Shown one piece after another: positions 19,700-29,441 of a stretch of DNA of 64,000 nt. The DNA is from Pseudomonadota bacterium (lineage in GTDB: Bacteria; Myxococcota_A; UBA796; UBA9615). How positions within the stretch are numbered: the stretch's first letter is position 1; every line of letters begins with the position of its first letter. A model generated the notes under the pieces. That model was given only the letters and a program-made list of their open reading frames with translations. It was not told the DNA's origin and searched no databases. The DNA is taken from contig JAAESI010000340.1 in the NCBI GenBank assembly GCA_024229515.1, forward strand, positions 92,808 to 156,807, in the 5' to 3' direction. A program made the position numbers and the translations under genes.

Positions 19700-21982
19700 T
19701 CACCCTCCGTCCGGTCGGCGCGGGATGCTCTCATGAGCCTCTGACGCCGCCAAGGATCTCGTCAGCACCAGCCCCGCGGGGGCGAACACGAGCGCCAGCA
19801 GCACCCCCACGCCGGCCGTGGCGCCGATCGCCCGAAGCGCCGGCTGCGAGCTGACCGCCAACGCCCCGAAGGACAGCACGGTCGTGCCCGCGGCCACCAT
19901 GATCGCCCTCAGGGACGCCGCGAACGCGCGCTCCGAGTCCCGGTGCTCCACGAGGAAGACGCCGAAGTCGACCCCGATGCTCAACACCAACAGCGTCGAG
20001 GCGAGGTGGAGCAGGTGCGGCTTCACCCCGAAGGCCGCGAGCACGGCGAGGCTCGTACCCGCGGCGAGGAGGGCGGGGAGGAACGCGGCAAAGGCCGGAC
20101 GCGGGGCCCGGTACCTCAGCAGCAGGACGAACCCGACGAGGAACAGCCCCAGCAGCACCAGCCGGGTCGTGCGGACCCGGTAGTCGGCCTGGATCGCGTC
20201 CAGGAAGGCGGCCTGCTCGAACAGCACGACGTCGTCGCCGAGATCGGCCAGCCGCCCCGTCACCGCGGCGCTGTCCGACAGCCCCCGCATCCACGTCAGC
20301 ACCACCACCCCGCCGTCGTCGGTGTTCAAGACGTGCGGCCGCAGCAGCTCGCCCGCGGCGCCGGTGGAGGCCTCGGCCCAGGTCAGGGGCGCCGGGGGGG
20401 AGCCGCCGGCCTCGTCCAGGAACGGCGCGAACGCGTCCGCGTGGAGCCCCGAGGCCGCCAGCTTCTCCCGCCAGGCCTCGGCCGTGCCGTACACGGCGGA
20501 GGCCCGCTCCGCCTGCGTCGCCGGGGAAGGAAGCAACGACGTCAGCGCCCGGAACCCGGACAGCTCGCCCGCATCGACCGCGGCGCTCAGCCGCTCGGAG
20601 GCCTGCTCGACCACCGGCAGCGCGGACTCCACATCCGACGCGAAGACCACCACCAGCCGGCCGGGATCGTCCCGCGCAATGCGGGCGGTGATGCGCGCCT
20701 CCTGGGCCTGCAGATCGGGGTCCATCCCGCTCAGCGCCGCCACGGTGTCGTTCCACTCGAGCCGCGGGAGGGTCCAGACGCACGCCGCCACGGCCACGAT
20801 GACCAGCACCCAGACCTCGGTTCGGGCACGCGCCAGCTTCGGCCCCGCCGCCATCAACCGGGGCAGCTCCTCAGGCTCGCGAGTCCCGATCAGCGCCGGC
20901 ACCAGGAGCAGGGTCGTCGTCAGGGCGGCGGCGACGCCGACCGCGCTGAAGACCGCGATCTCGCGGATGCCGGGGAAGCTCGTGAACACCAGCCCGGCGA
21001 AGCCCGCCAGGGTCGTGCCGGCCCCCAGGAACAGGCCCGCGCGCACGTGGCGGGCGGCTCCGTCGCCGTCGCCGGTGGCGCGGTAGTGCGACAGCAGGTG
21101 CACCGGGTAGTCGACGCAGACGCCCAGCAGCGACGCGCCGAAGGCGAGCGTGAGCCCGTGCACGCGCCCCCACAGCAGCAGGCAGGCGCCGAGCCCCGCG
21201 AGCACGCCCACGCCCGTGGGCAGGAACGCCAGACCGAGCGCCTGGAACGACCGGAACGCGAGCCCGAACAGCAGCACGATGCCGAGCATGCTGAGGATGC
21301 TGATGTTGCGGACGTCGGCTCGGATCGAGCGCTCGGCGCCCACGGCGTAGAAGTGGGCCCCGGTGCGCGCGGCGTCCTCGTCGGCGAGGGCGTCCACGGC
21401 GGGGGCGGCGTCCTGGAACCGCAGGGGCGAGCCCATGGTGCGGGCGAAGATCACGGCGGCCTCGCCGTCAGCGGTCACGAGACGACCCTGATCGTCGATC
21501 GTGAGCCCGCCGCCGGCGCTCTCGGCCAGCTTCAACTGCCAGCGATCCCAGGCGCCGATCGGATCGGCGACGAACTGCTTCCGCTGGGCCAGGGTCTGCG
21601 GCATCGCCGCCCGCGCCTTGAAGTCGACGTCCCCCGCGAGGCTGGGGGCGAGGTGGTAGCGGTAGGGGAAGAGCGCCTCGGTGATGGCGTCCAGCCGGTC
21701 GGGCTCCATGCCCCCCACGACGCGCTCGAACCGTTCGTCCCCGCGGAGCCGCTCGGCCAGATCCGCGGCTCGGTCCGCGGCCCCGTCGCCCTCGTACAGC
21801 AGCACCATCGTGCGGGCCATGTCGGAGGTGGCGAGCGCGCGGCTCAGCTTGGCGAGGCGGACGTCGTTGCCCTGCGGCAGGAAGTGCGTGACGTCAGCCG
21901 TGATCGAGAAGTTGAGCCCGACGTACCCGGCGAGCAGGACGATCGCAACCGCGCCGGCGATGAGGCGGGCGCGGCGGCTCAT
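19700..21982 (-). CDS. MMPL/RND-superfamily predicted exporter
   Basis: 760 aa with two hydrophobic bundles separated by soluble loops, the typical layout of the 'predicted exporter' found in pigment and lipid clusters. The start forms an ATGA overlap with the upstream stop. Confidence 0.7.
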   Translation of the reverse strand: MSRRARLIAGAVAIVLLAGYVGLNFSITADVTHFLPQGNDVRLAKLSRALATSDMARTMVLLYEGDGAADRAADLAERLRGDERFERVVGGMEPDRLDAITEALFPYRYHLAPSLAGDVDFKARAAMPQTLAQRKQFVADPIGAWDRWQLKLAESAGGGLTIDDQGRLVTADGEAAVIFARTMGSPLRFQDAAPAVDALADEDAARTGAHFYAVGAERSIRADVRNISILSMLGIVLLFGLAFRSFQALGLAFLPTGVGVLAGLGACLLLWGRVHGLTLAFGASLLGVCVDYPVHLLSHYRATGDGDGAARHVRAGLFLGAGTTLAGFAGLVFTSFPGIREIAVFSAVGVAAALTTTLLLVPALIGTREPEELPRLMAAGPKLARARTEVWVLVIVAVAACVWTLPRLEWNDTVAALSGMDPDLQAQEARITARIARDDPGRLVVVFASDVESALPVVEQASERLSAAVDAGELSGFRALTSLLPSPATQAERASAVYGTAEAWREKLAASGLHADAFAPFLDEAGGSPPAPLTWAEASTGAAGELLRPHVLNTDDGGVVVLTWMRGLSDSAAVTGRLADLGDDVVLFEQAAFLDAIQADYRVRTTRLVLLGLFLVGFVLLLRYRAPRPAFAAFLPALLAAGTSLAVLAAFGVKPHLLHLASTLLVLSIGVDFGVFLVEHRDSERAFAASLRAIMVAAGTTVLSFGALAVSSQPALRAIGATAGVGVLLALVFAPAGLVLTRSLAASEAHESIPRRPDGG

Positions 21983-23070
21983 TCGCCCGATCCGGGCCCG
22001 TCCATGCGTCGCGCGAGCTCGGCGACGGCCGTCGCGAACCCGGCCTTGTCGGCGCCGCCGAGGAGGCGGTGCTTCGTCGTGTGCTCATCGACGGGGTCGA
22101 GGGTGCGGCCCGAAGAGCTGCTCAGCTCGTAGTGCAGGTGCGGGGCGAAGCTGCGGCCGGTGTTGCCGGACATCGCGATGGGGTCTCCGGCCTTGACCTT
22201 GCTCCCCGGCTTGATGCCGTCGGCGAGGCCCGACAGGTGGAGCATCTTGGCGGTGCGGCCGTCGCTCCCCCGCAGCTCGACGCAGTTGCCGTTGTACTTC
22301 CACTTCCAGTTGGTGCGGGTCACCGTGCCGTCGAACGGCGCGAAGAGCTCCGTGCCCACCGGGGCCTTGAAGTCCATCCCGGAGTGGCCGCGGCCGTCGC
22401 CGATGAGCGACGTGATCTGCTGGTAGTCCTTGATCGGTCCGTCGGTCAGGAAGGCGGCGACCTCCCGGCCGTCGGCGTCGAACCAGCCGGGGTACTTCCA
22501 CCCCTCCGGCGCGTACTGCCAGGACTCGAACGTCTTGCCGAACTTCTCCGACTCGTAGCGCACCGCGAGCACGTCGATGTCGACCTCGTCCTCGGGGTTG
22601 ACGCGGTAAAGCACCTCGACCACGTCGCCGGGGCGGGGGTCCTTCGTGAGGTTCAGGTTCCACACCAGGATGCGGCTGACGGTGAGGGCCAACCGGTCCC
22701 CCTCGGGGCTCCCGACGGCCTTGACGAAGCCGCGGCTGACGGGGCCGTTGATCGTGATCTTCGCGAACTTCGCGGGCGCCTCACCCTCGGCCATCGCGAC
22801 CATGCCGGGGGCCGAGTCGTCGTCGTCGGATGCGGCCTCCCCCGTGGCGCCATCGGTCGGCTCCTCCGGAGTGGGCATGCCGATCGGATCGTCCAGCTCG
22901 GTGACCGCCTCGGGCGTGGCCTCGGAGGGGGATTCGTCACCCCCGCCACGGGTCGCGAGGAGCACGACGTTGAGCCCGACGGAGATCAGCAGCGCCCAAT
23001 GCAGGGGACCGAGCTGCTTCTTGCGTCCGCCCACGCGGATCGGGCGGGGACCTTGGGATCGAATCGTCAT
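21979..23070 (-). CDS. membrane-anchored M23 (LytM-type) metallopeptidase
   Basis: N-terminal TM segment (LHWALLISVGLNVVLLA). The M23 motifs HSGMDF and GNTGRSFAPHLHYE are present. Confidence 0.8.
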   Translation of the reverse strand: MTIRSQGPRPIRVGGRKKQLGPLHWALLISVGLNVVLLATRGGGDESPSEATPEAVTELDDPIGMPTPEEPTDGATGEAASDDDDSAPGMVAMAEGEAPAKFAKITINGPVSRGFVKAVGSPEGDRLALTVSRILVWNLNLTKDPRPGDVVEVLYRVNPEDEVDIDVLAVRYESEKFGKTFESWQYAPEGWKYPGWFDADGREVAAFLTDGPIKDYQQITSLIGDGRGHSGMDFKAPVGTELFAPFDGTVTRTNWKWKYNGNCVELRGSDGRTAKMLHLSGLADGIKPGSKVKAGDPIAMSGNTGRSFAPHLHYELSSSSGRTLDPVDEHTTKHRLLGGADKAGFATAVAELARRMDGPGSGE

Positions 23071-23116
23071 GCGACGGGGGGTCTTACACCGAGGACGGCG
23101 CCGATGCCAGCGGCGG

Positions 23117-23743
23117 TCAATTCAGCAACCGTCCCGGGTCTTCGCGAAGCAACACGACGATGTTTCGCGAATGCCCCCGCCGGCGGCTCATCAGAGCTGC
23201 CGCCGCGCTATAGGGAAGGCCGACGAGGAGCCAGATCACGTTCCCAGGAAGGAGGTCTCGGATCGCGTAGCGCCCCAGCTTGCGGCGCATGCAGGAGGGA
23301 CACGCGGTGACCAACTCCATTCCCATCTGGAAGAAGAGAACGAGGAACCACATCGACGTCCACAGGCGGTAGGTCTTCAGGCTGTCCGTCAGGCACTTGC
23401 AGTCGGGGCAGCGGACCCGGCCGGCGCGCGGGGCGGGGCCCTTGGGCAGGGGCGTCGGGGGACGGGCGGTTCCCGTGAACGAGGTTTCGCACAGCGGACA
23501 AGCGTGGAGCTTCCAGCTCCCCCCGAGGTAGCGATCGCACGCGGGGCAGCGCCACACCGCCAGCGTCACCCCGAGGATGAGCCCTAGGTTGGCGAACGCG
23601 AGGCCGAACGCCACGGGCCCGCTCCACCAGCCCTGCCAGCCCCCGATCACGACGATGACCGCGGGGATCGCCAACAGCGAGATCCCCAGCTGCCGCTGCT
23701 GCCGCTGCCGGAACCGATGGGCGATGAGCTGAGCCGGCGTCAC
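23117..23743 (-). CDS. membrane protein with two CxxC zinc-ribbon-like pairs, hypothetical
   Basis: The GTG at 23743 forms a GTGA overlap with the upstream stop. Contains WRCPACD..x14..CPLCE, and RCPDCKC..TM helix..CPSCM. There are several hydrophobic helices. Confidence 0.5.
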   Translation of the reverse strand: MTPAQLIAHRFRQRQQRQLGISLLAIPAVIVVIGGWQGWWSGPVAFGLAFANLGLILGVTLAVWRCPACDRYLGGSWKLHACPLCETSFTGTARPPTPLPKGPAPRAGRVRCPDCKCLTDSLKTYRLWTSMWFLVLFFQMGMELVTACPSCMRRKLGRYAIRDLLPGNVIWLLVGLPYSAAAALMSRRRGHSRNIVVLLREDPGRLLN

Positions 23744-24639
23744 GCGTGCTCTGACATCCAGCCGAGGATCGTGTTCCACAGCGGCCGCGATCGGTCGTCG
23801 GTCACCACCGTCATGTGGTCCGGGTCGAAGGGGAGCCCGTGGTCGCCCTCCCCCACCAGCCACCAGTCGGCGCGGCCTTCGCCGAAGCCGTCGGTCCAGG
23901 CGCGGGCGCCGCTGGGGTGGGCCATCAGGTCGTCCCCCTTGCCGACGACCGCGAGCACCGGGCCGGTCACACGCTTCATGCCTTCGAAGTAGTCGTGTTC
24001 GCCGTCCCGCGAGGCCCACGCGTTGCCCTTCCAGATGCGCACGATGTCACTGACGTAGCTGCCCGCCTCGTCGACCGGCCCCATGCCGAACCCGCGGGAG
24101 GGGAACTTGCCGAAGAGCTTGAGGATGCCCGCGAACAGCAGGACCGAGGTCGCCTTGCGCCGCCGCAGCCACCAGCGGGGCTCCAGGTCGGGGGTCCACA
24201 TGTTCGACGACAGCAGCACGTGCCCGTCGGGAGGCGCGTCCTCGTAGAAGCCCGCCCCGGCGGCCGCGATCGAGGCGTGTCCGGCCAGCGAGTGCCCCAC
24301 CACCCAGACCGGTCCCGGCTTGAGCTTGCGGGCCGCGGCCACGCAGGCGGGGAGGTCGAAGCGGATGATGTCGTCGTAGCTCCAGGAGCCGCCGGCGTCG
24401 ACGTCCGGCCCGCTGTCCCCCCGTCCCCGCAGGTTCGGCAGGTGCACGTTCCAGCCCGCCTCCGCCATGGCGGTGCCGAATCCGGCCCCCTGGGGGCGGT
24501 CCAGGGAGCGGCGGTCCACCATCATCGCGTGGCCCAGCACCACCGACCCCTTGGCCTCCCCGACGGCGGGGATGTGCAGCACGTCCAGGGTCCAGCCGTC
24601 GTCACACTCGACCTTGTAGCGCTCGCGATCCCCACTCAC
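23740..24639 (-). CDS. alpha/beta hydrolase
   Basis: This is the 3' part of ORF 23740..25428. The nucleophile elbow is GHSLAG. The GTG at 24639 forms a GTGA overlap with the upstream stop. The upstream 260 aa of the ORF is Arg/Pro/Gly junk. Confidence 0.7.
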   Translation of the reverse strand: MSGDRERYKVECDDGWTLDVLHIPAVGEAKGSVVLGHAMMVDRRSLDRPQGAGFGTAMAEAGWNVHLPNLRGRGDSGPDVDAGGSWSYDDIIRFDLPACVAAARKLKPGPVWVVGHSLAGHASIAAAGAGFYEDAPPDGHVLLSSNMWTPDLEPRWWLRRRKATSVLLFAGILKLFGKFPSRGFGMGPVDEAGSYVSDIVRIWKGNAWASRDGEHDYFEGMKRVTGPVLAVVGKGDDLMAHPSGARAWTDGFGEGRADWWLVGEGDHGLPFDPDHMTVVTDDRSRPLWNTILGWMSEHA

Positions 24640-25526
24640 GGGGCGGGGGCCTCGAAGTAGGTAGCCCGGTACTCGCCGAAGGCCCGAAACCCGAGCCGCC
24701 GGTAGAGCCGCTGGGCGCCTTCGTTCTCCGCTCCCACGAACAGCACGACCCGCCGATGGAAGCGCAGCAGGCGCTCGCAGAGGCCGTGCATGCCGGCGGT
24801 GCCGTAGCCGTTCCCCCGCTCGCCGGGGGGTGTGTAGACGCCCTCCACGAGCGCGCACTCGGGGGTGGCCGCGGACAGGGCGGCGCGGAACCGGAGCGTG
24901 CCCGCGTGGGTCCAGATGTACTCCCGCCCGGCGCGCACCCGGCGGGTCAGCGCGGTCCGGAAAGCGGCCGGATCCAGGTCGTCGGGATCGATGGACAGCT
25001 CCTCGATGGTGACGGCGCGGCAGGCTTCCCGCACGAGCTCGTACTCCGCTTCGGTGGCGTTGCGCATGCGGGCCGGGGCCACCGGCGGCTCCAGCTCTTC
25101 GAGGACCACGAACTGGCTGCGCTCCAGCCGCATGATCGGCATGTGCCGGCGCTCCAACCGCAGGGGGGGGAGCCGGCCGGCGGCCGCGAGCTGATCCGTG
25201 AACCGACCGACCATGGCGTCGGGCGAGATCGCCTGCAGCAGCGGGAGCGTCTCCAGATGGTCCGCCGTCCACGCCGCGAACGCATCGACGCCGGCCTCGT
25301 CCTCGCACGCCAGCACCGCGACGGCCGAGTGCAGGAAGACCCCCCGCAGCTCGTCGGCGCGGAACCACCCCAGGAGCTGGCCGGCGCCCGACGGCAGCAC
25401 CACCCCGAACCGCCACACGAGGCCGCAAAGGTAGACGTCGCGATCGGGGTTCCGGCTCAGAAATGCGCGCACGCGGGCGCTGTCAGAGGCGACGAGGGGA
25501 CGCAGGGCGCCGGTCATGGCGGGCAC
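24636..25526 (-). CDS. two-domain GNAT N-acetyltransferase
   Basis: The C-terminal acetyl-CoA motif is PPGERGNGYGTAGM..AQRLYRRLGF. The start is GTG 25526 or ATG 25517. Confidence 0.7.
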   Translation of the reverse strand: MPAMTGALRPLVASDSARVRAFLSRNPDRDVYLCGLVWRFGVVLPSGAGQLLGWFRADELRGVFLHSAVAVLACEDEAGVDAFAAWTADHLETLPLLQAISPDAMVGRFTDQLAAAGRLPPLRLERRHMPIMRLERSQFVVLEELEPPVAPARMRNATEAEYELVREACRAVTIEELSIDPDDLDPAAFRTALTRRVRAGREYIWTHAGTLRFRAALSAATPECALVEGVYTPPGERGNGYGTAGMHGLCERLLRFHRRVVLFVGAENEGAQRLYRRLGFRAFGEYRATYFEAPAP

Positions 25527-25527
25527 T

Positions 25528-26436
25528 CTACTCCCGAGCCTCGCGCCAGACCTTCTTGGGCATGCCGGCGCAGACGTTGGTGCCGAAGATCCGCTCCGGG
25601 TTGGCCTGGGGAATCGTGCCGGACACCAGGAAGTCGCGAGCCCACGCGTTGACCTCGGCGCTGCAGGTCACCCCGAAGTGGTCGCCGCGGCGGCCCCACG
25701 CCCGCCAGATCGCGAACGGGGCGCCGTCCAGCTTGGCCGACTCGGTCATCACCGCTTTGTCGTGCCCCAACGCCACGCCGTCGCCGTCGCCGTCCCAGCG
25801 GGGGATCGGAACGAACGGCTCGTAGCTCTCCACGCCGATGGACAGGTAGCGGGTGGCGACGCCTTCGGGGGCCGTCGATCCGAGGGACTTGACGAGATCC
25901 GCGGTGGGCTTCAGCTCGCACCCCAGCGCCCGCCAGCCACGGTCCTTCCAGATCCCGCAGGCCCAATTGGCGACCCCCGTGCGGGCGCCCCGGTGGGGGG
26001 TCGAGATCATCACCAGGGCGCCGACCCGGTCCCCAAGTTCGGGGTTCGCCTGCTCGATCAGGTAGCGCATCAGCAAGCCCGACATCGAGTGTGCGACGAC
26101 GTCGAAGGAGGCGTCCGGGGGGTGACCGTGCGCGGCCAACCCGGCTTCGATCGCGGGCAGCAGGACTTCGGTCGCGGTCGCCCGCGCGGACCGCAGCTCC
26201 CCCGGCTCCCAGCCGACCAGGATCGGGTCGAGCCCTGCCTCCTTCGCCGCGACCTCGGCGCCCCGCCAGATGTCGGTGCGGCTGGCGAACCCGTGGAGGT
26301 AGACCACGGGCCGTCCCTCGGCCGCCGCCGCGTAGCTCGGCAGCAGCGTGCCGGACAGCACCAGCAGCAGCGTCAGGACCCGGACTGGTACGCTCGCCGG
26401 CCGATGGGCGAGCGGATGGACCGAGTCAAAGTGCAC
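25528..26436 (-). CDS. secreted lipase-like alpha/beta hydrolase
   Basis: VVYLHGF, the nucleophile elbow AHSMSG, and a signal-like segment RVLTLLLVLSGTLLPSYAAAAEG. The start is uncertain; GTG 26436 is the only canonical candidate upstream of the signal. The rest of ORF 25528..27654 is junk. Confidence 0.6.
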   Translation of the reverse strand: MHFDSVHPLAHRPASVPVRVLTLLLVLSGTLLPSYAAAAEGRPVVYLHGFASRTDIWRGAEVAAKEAGLDPILVGWEPGELRSARATATEVLLPAIEAGLAAHGHPPDASFDVVAHSMSGLLMRYLIEQANPELGDRVGALVMISTPHRGARTGVANWACGIWKDRGWRALGCELKPTADLVKSLGSTAPEGVATRYLSIGVESYEPFVPIPRWDGDGDGVALGHDKAVMTESAKLDGAPFAIWRAWGRRGDHFGVTCSAEVNAWARDFLVSGTIPQANPERIFGTNVCAGMPKKVWREARE

Positions 26437-28185
26437 CTCAAGCGGGCCGCGATCGGCTTCGTGGTGGCGTTCGTCGTGCTCCAGGCGGGCTTCTGGTGGA
26501 TGGTCCGCCTGCCCGCGCCGGACGTCGACGTGCCGGTGCTGCCCGCGCCGATCATCGACGGCGACCGGATCAGCCGCCCCGGCGGGGGCTTCCTCGAGCG
26601 GCGCGACGGCTACTGGTTCTTCCTCCACCGCGGGGACGCCGTCACCCTCGGGGCGGAACACGCGCAGCTGGGCGAGTTCCTCATCCAGCGCACCGAAGAC
26701 TTGATGTTCGCCGAGTTCGACGAGTCGATGCCGGCGCTGGCGAAGGTGTTCGTGCCCCCGTACCTGCTGTGGAAGTACCGGGCGATGCCCGGGCAGATCC
26801 CGGTCCACCAGCAAGAAGAACTCTGGGGTTTTTCCGCCTCGTACGCGGACCGTCACAGCTTCCCCTTGTCGGCCTACCGTCGCGGAATCTACTACCACGC
26901 GCTGCACGACATGATTCAGAGCCTGGTCGACAGCCCGCACGTGGCCGACCACGTGGATGCATCGCAGGCGGGCGCGTGCACGGCGTTCGCGGCTTCGGGC
27001 GAGTCCTCCGAAGGCGGTCGCCTCATCGCCGGCCGCAACTTCGACTTCGAGGTCTTCCCCACGTTCGACGCCGACAAGGTGGTCCACCTGTACGTGCGCG
27101 ACGGCGCCATCCCGGTGCTGTCGGTGACGTGGATGGCGATGGCGGGGGTCGTGACGGGCATGAACGCCGACGGCATCTGGATCTCGATCAACGCCGCCGC
27201 CACGGAGGGGCGCAACACCCAGGGACCGCCGGTGTCGCTGTGGATCCGCGACATCCTCGAGCAGGCGCGGTCGATCGAGGATGTGCGACGCCTCATGCGG
27301 GCGTCCGACCCCATCGTCAGCGACATCTACCTCGTGGGCGACGGCACCACGGGCGAGGCGGTCGTCATCGAGCGCGGCCAGACCCGCATGGGCGAGCGGA
27401 GCATGGACGCCAAGGGCCGAATCGTCGCCGCCAACCACATGCTCACGCCCGAGTTCGCGGGCGACACCGACGACGCCAACCTGCGCCAGCGCTCCTCCAC
27501 GATGTCGCGCCACATGCGCATGCGGGAGCTGGTCGACATGGCCCCGCTGAGCCCGTCCCGCGGGGTGGAGATCCTGCGCGACAAGAAGGCCCCCGGGGGC
27601 GAGGCGCTGGTGCCCGGCAACCGCAACGCCATCGACGCCGTCATCGCCACCCACTCAGCGGTCGCGGACGTCACCGATCGGCTGCTGTGGGTCTCCATCG
27701 CACCCCACACGGTCGGCCGCTACGAGCGCATCGACTTGCTCGCGGAGCTCGACGCCGCCGGGATCGACACCGAGGAGTGGCGCGCCGGACTGGCCGAGGG
27801 AGCCCGCGCCTGGGAGCACTCGGACGACCCCGAGGCCGGCCCGCCGACGGAGTTCTACTTCGACCACACGTTCCTGAGCGACCTGGGCGATCTGGAGCGC
27901 CAGCGCTCCTACCTGGGCGACGCCAAGGCGTACCTGGGCAATGGAGAGGCGGCCAAGGCGCTCGACATGGCCCACCGCGCCGACGCCGCGCTCCCGGGGG
28001 CTCCCGGTCCGGCGTTGATGAAGGCGGACGCCTGCGTGGCGTTGGAAGACGAGGCGTGCGCGACGGAGGCGTACACCGAGTACCTGCAGCGCATCCCCGG
28101 CCTGGGCCTGGGGACGAAGCGCGCGACGGCGTGGTTGGAAAAGCGGGGTGCGGTGCCGACGGTGAAGCGGCCGGACGGGCTCTAG
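26404..28185 (+). CDS. C45-family (acyl-CoA:6-APA acyltransferase-like) Ntn hydrolase with N-terminal TM anchor
   Basis: ATG 26404 or 26416 gives MDRVKVHLKRAAIGFVVAFVVLQAGFWWM. The candidate nucleophile context is QAGACTAFAASGE..GRLIAGRNFDF. There is a TPR-like tail. Confidence 0.65.
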   Translation: MGERMDRVKVHLKRAAIGFVVAFVVLQAGFWWMVRLPAPDVDVPVLPAPIIDGDRISRPGGGFLERRDGYWFFLHRGDAVTLGAEHAQLGEFLIQRTEDLMFAEFDESMPALAKVFVPPYLLWKYRAMPGQIPVHQQEELWGFSASYADRHSFPLSAYRRGIYYHALHDMIQSLVDSPHVADHVDASQAGACTAFAASGESSEGGRLIAGRNFDFEVFPTFDADKVVHLYVRDGAIPVLSVTWMAMAGVVTGMNADGIWISINAAATEGRNTQGPPVSLWIRDILEQARSIEDVRRLMRASDPIVSDIYLVGDGTTGEAVVIERGQTRMGERSMDAKGRIVAANHMLTPEFAGDTDDANLRQRSSTMSRHMRMRELVDMAPLSPSRGVEILRDKKAPGGEALVPGNRNAIDAVIATHSAVADVTDRLLWVSIAPHTVGRYERIDLLAELDAAGIDTEEWRAGLAEGARAWEHSDDPEAGPPTEFYFDHTFLSDLGDLERQRSYLGDAKAYLGNGEAAKALDMAHRADAALPGAPGPALMKADACVALEDEACATEAYTEYLQRIPGLGLGTKRATAWLEKRGAVPTVKRPDGL

Positions 28186-29345
28186 AGCGACTTCGGCTCC
28201 TGGTTCTCCGCGATGAACTTGCACCGGTAGATCGCCACGCCCTTGCCGTTGCGGAGCTTGGTCCGCTCATCGACGATCTGCGCCGTGATGCCGACCACCC
28301 GGCTGAAGCCGAACAGCACCGTGTAGAAGTCGCTGTCGGTCAGCCCGGAGGCGTTCAGCAGCGTGCCCGAGACCGCGTCCACGTTCGGGTACGGGTTGCT
28401 GATCTTCGGGTTCTCCTTGAGCACCCGAACCGCGACCTCGCGCATGTTCTTGGCGGTGCGGAAGAGCTGATCGTCGGCGCAGATCTCCTCACCGAGTTCG
28501 TACTGGATCGTCGCCCGCGGGTCCTCGGCGCGCAGCACCGCGTGACCGAAGCCGTAGATCAGCTGCTTGTTCGCGATCGCCTCGCGGATGAACTTCTCGA
28601 TCTGCGCGGGGTCGCTGCTGCCGACCTTGCGCACGAAGTTGAGGCAGTCCTGGTTGGCGCGACCGTGGCGCGGGCCGTACAGCCCCGCCATGCCCGCCGC
28701 CATCGAGGCGTACATGTCGGCGAGGCCGGAGGCGACCGCCTTGCCCGTGAACGTCGAGAGGTTGCCGCCGCCGTGGTCCATGTGGAGCACGTAGAAGGTG
28801 CGCAGCAGCGACGTCAGCGCCTTGTTGTCGCCGCCGGGCACGCCGAGCATGTGCACGAAGTTCTCGACGAGGCCGAGCTCCGGCTTGCTCGCGATGGGGT
28901 CGCCCCAGCCCGAACGCAGCCGGAAGATCGCCGCGACCACCTCGGGGGTGCGGGCGATGAGGTTCAGCGCGTCCTCACGGAAGTCGTTGGTCTTGCCCGT
29001 CATCCCGAGGAAGAAGAGCGCCGAGCAGAACCACTCCATCGGGTGCCCCTCACGGGGAAGCTGGCTGATCAGGTCGATGACCTGGGGGTCGACCGTCGCC
29101 CGCGAAGCGAGGTCGGCCTTGAACGCAGCGAGTTGCTCGTCGTTGGGCAGCACCTTGTTGTGGAGCAGGTACACGACCGCCTCGGGGTCGTGGTAGGCCA
29201 GCTCCTTGACCGAATAGCCGACGTAGGAGACGCCCTCCATCGGATCGACACGCGATGTGCGCGTAGTGCCTACGGGGAAGGCGCGCAGGCCCGTGTTCAG
29301 GTGGGCGTTGGTGACCTGGAAAAGGACCTCGTTGGGATCGCTCAT
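28182..29345 (-). CDS. citrate synthase family protein
   Basis: 387 aa carrying the canonical motifs HMDHGGGNLSTF, GPRHGRANQ and GFGHAVLRAEDPR. Confidence 0.9.
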   Translation of the reverse strand: MSDPNEVLFQVTNAHLNTGLRAFPVGTTRTSRVDPMEGVSYVGYSVKELAYHDPEAVVYLLHNKVLPNDEQLAAFKADLASRATVDPQVIDLISQLPREGHPMEWFCSALFFLGMTGKTNDFREDALNLIARTPEVVAAIFRLRSGWGDPIASKPELGLVENFVHMLGVPGGDNKALTSLLRTFYVLHMDHGGGNLSTFTGKAVASGLADMYASMAAGMAGLYGPRHGRANQDCLNFVRKVGSSDPAQIEKFIREAIANKQLIYGFGHAVLRAEDPRATIQYELGEEICADDQLFRTAKNMREVAVRVLKENPKISNPYPNVDAVSGTLLNASGLTDSDFYTVLFGFSRVVGITAQIVDERTKLRNGKGVAIYRCKFIAENQEPKSL

Positions 29346-29441
29346 GGGGCTGCTCTATTGCCTTTCTCGGGGGGTCGGGATGGTACTGGGGGGACCTGCC
29401 GCTGGCAAGCCGCGTTCCCTGGTGTAGCCTCCGCCGCCGAC

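Noticed and set aside
24636-25526. The GNAT as an OlsB-type N-acyltransferase, which together with PlsC and the hydroxylase would complete an ornithine-lipid pathway
   Set aside because: The C-terminal domain has the classical acetyl-CoA R-x-x-G-x-G/A motif (RGNGYGT) of small-molecule or protein acetyltransferases, not the OlsB/hemolysin-like signature. The aminolipid idea is retained only as a weak hypothesis for the hydroxylase.
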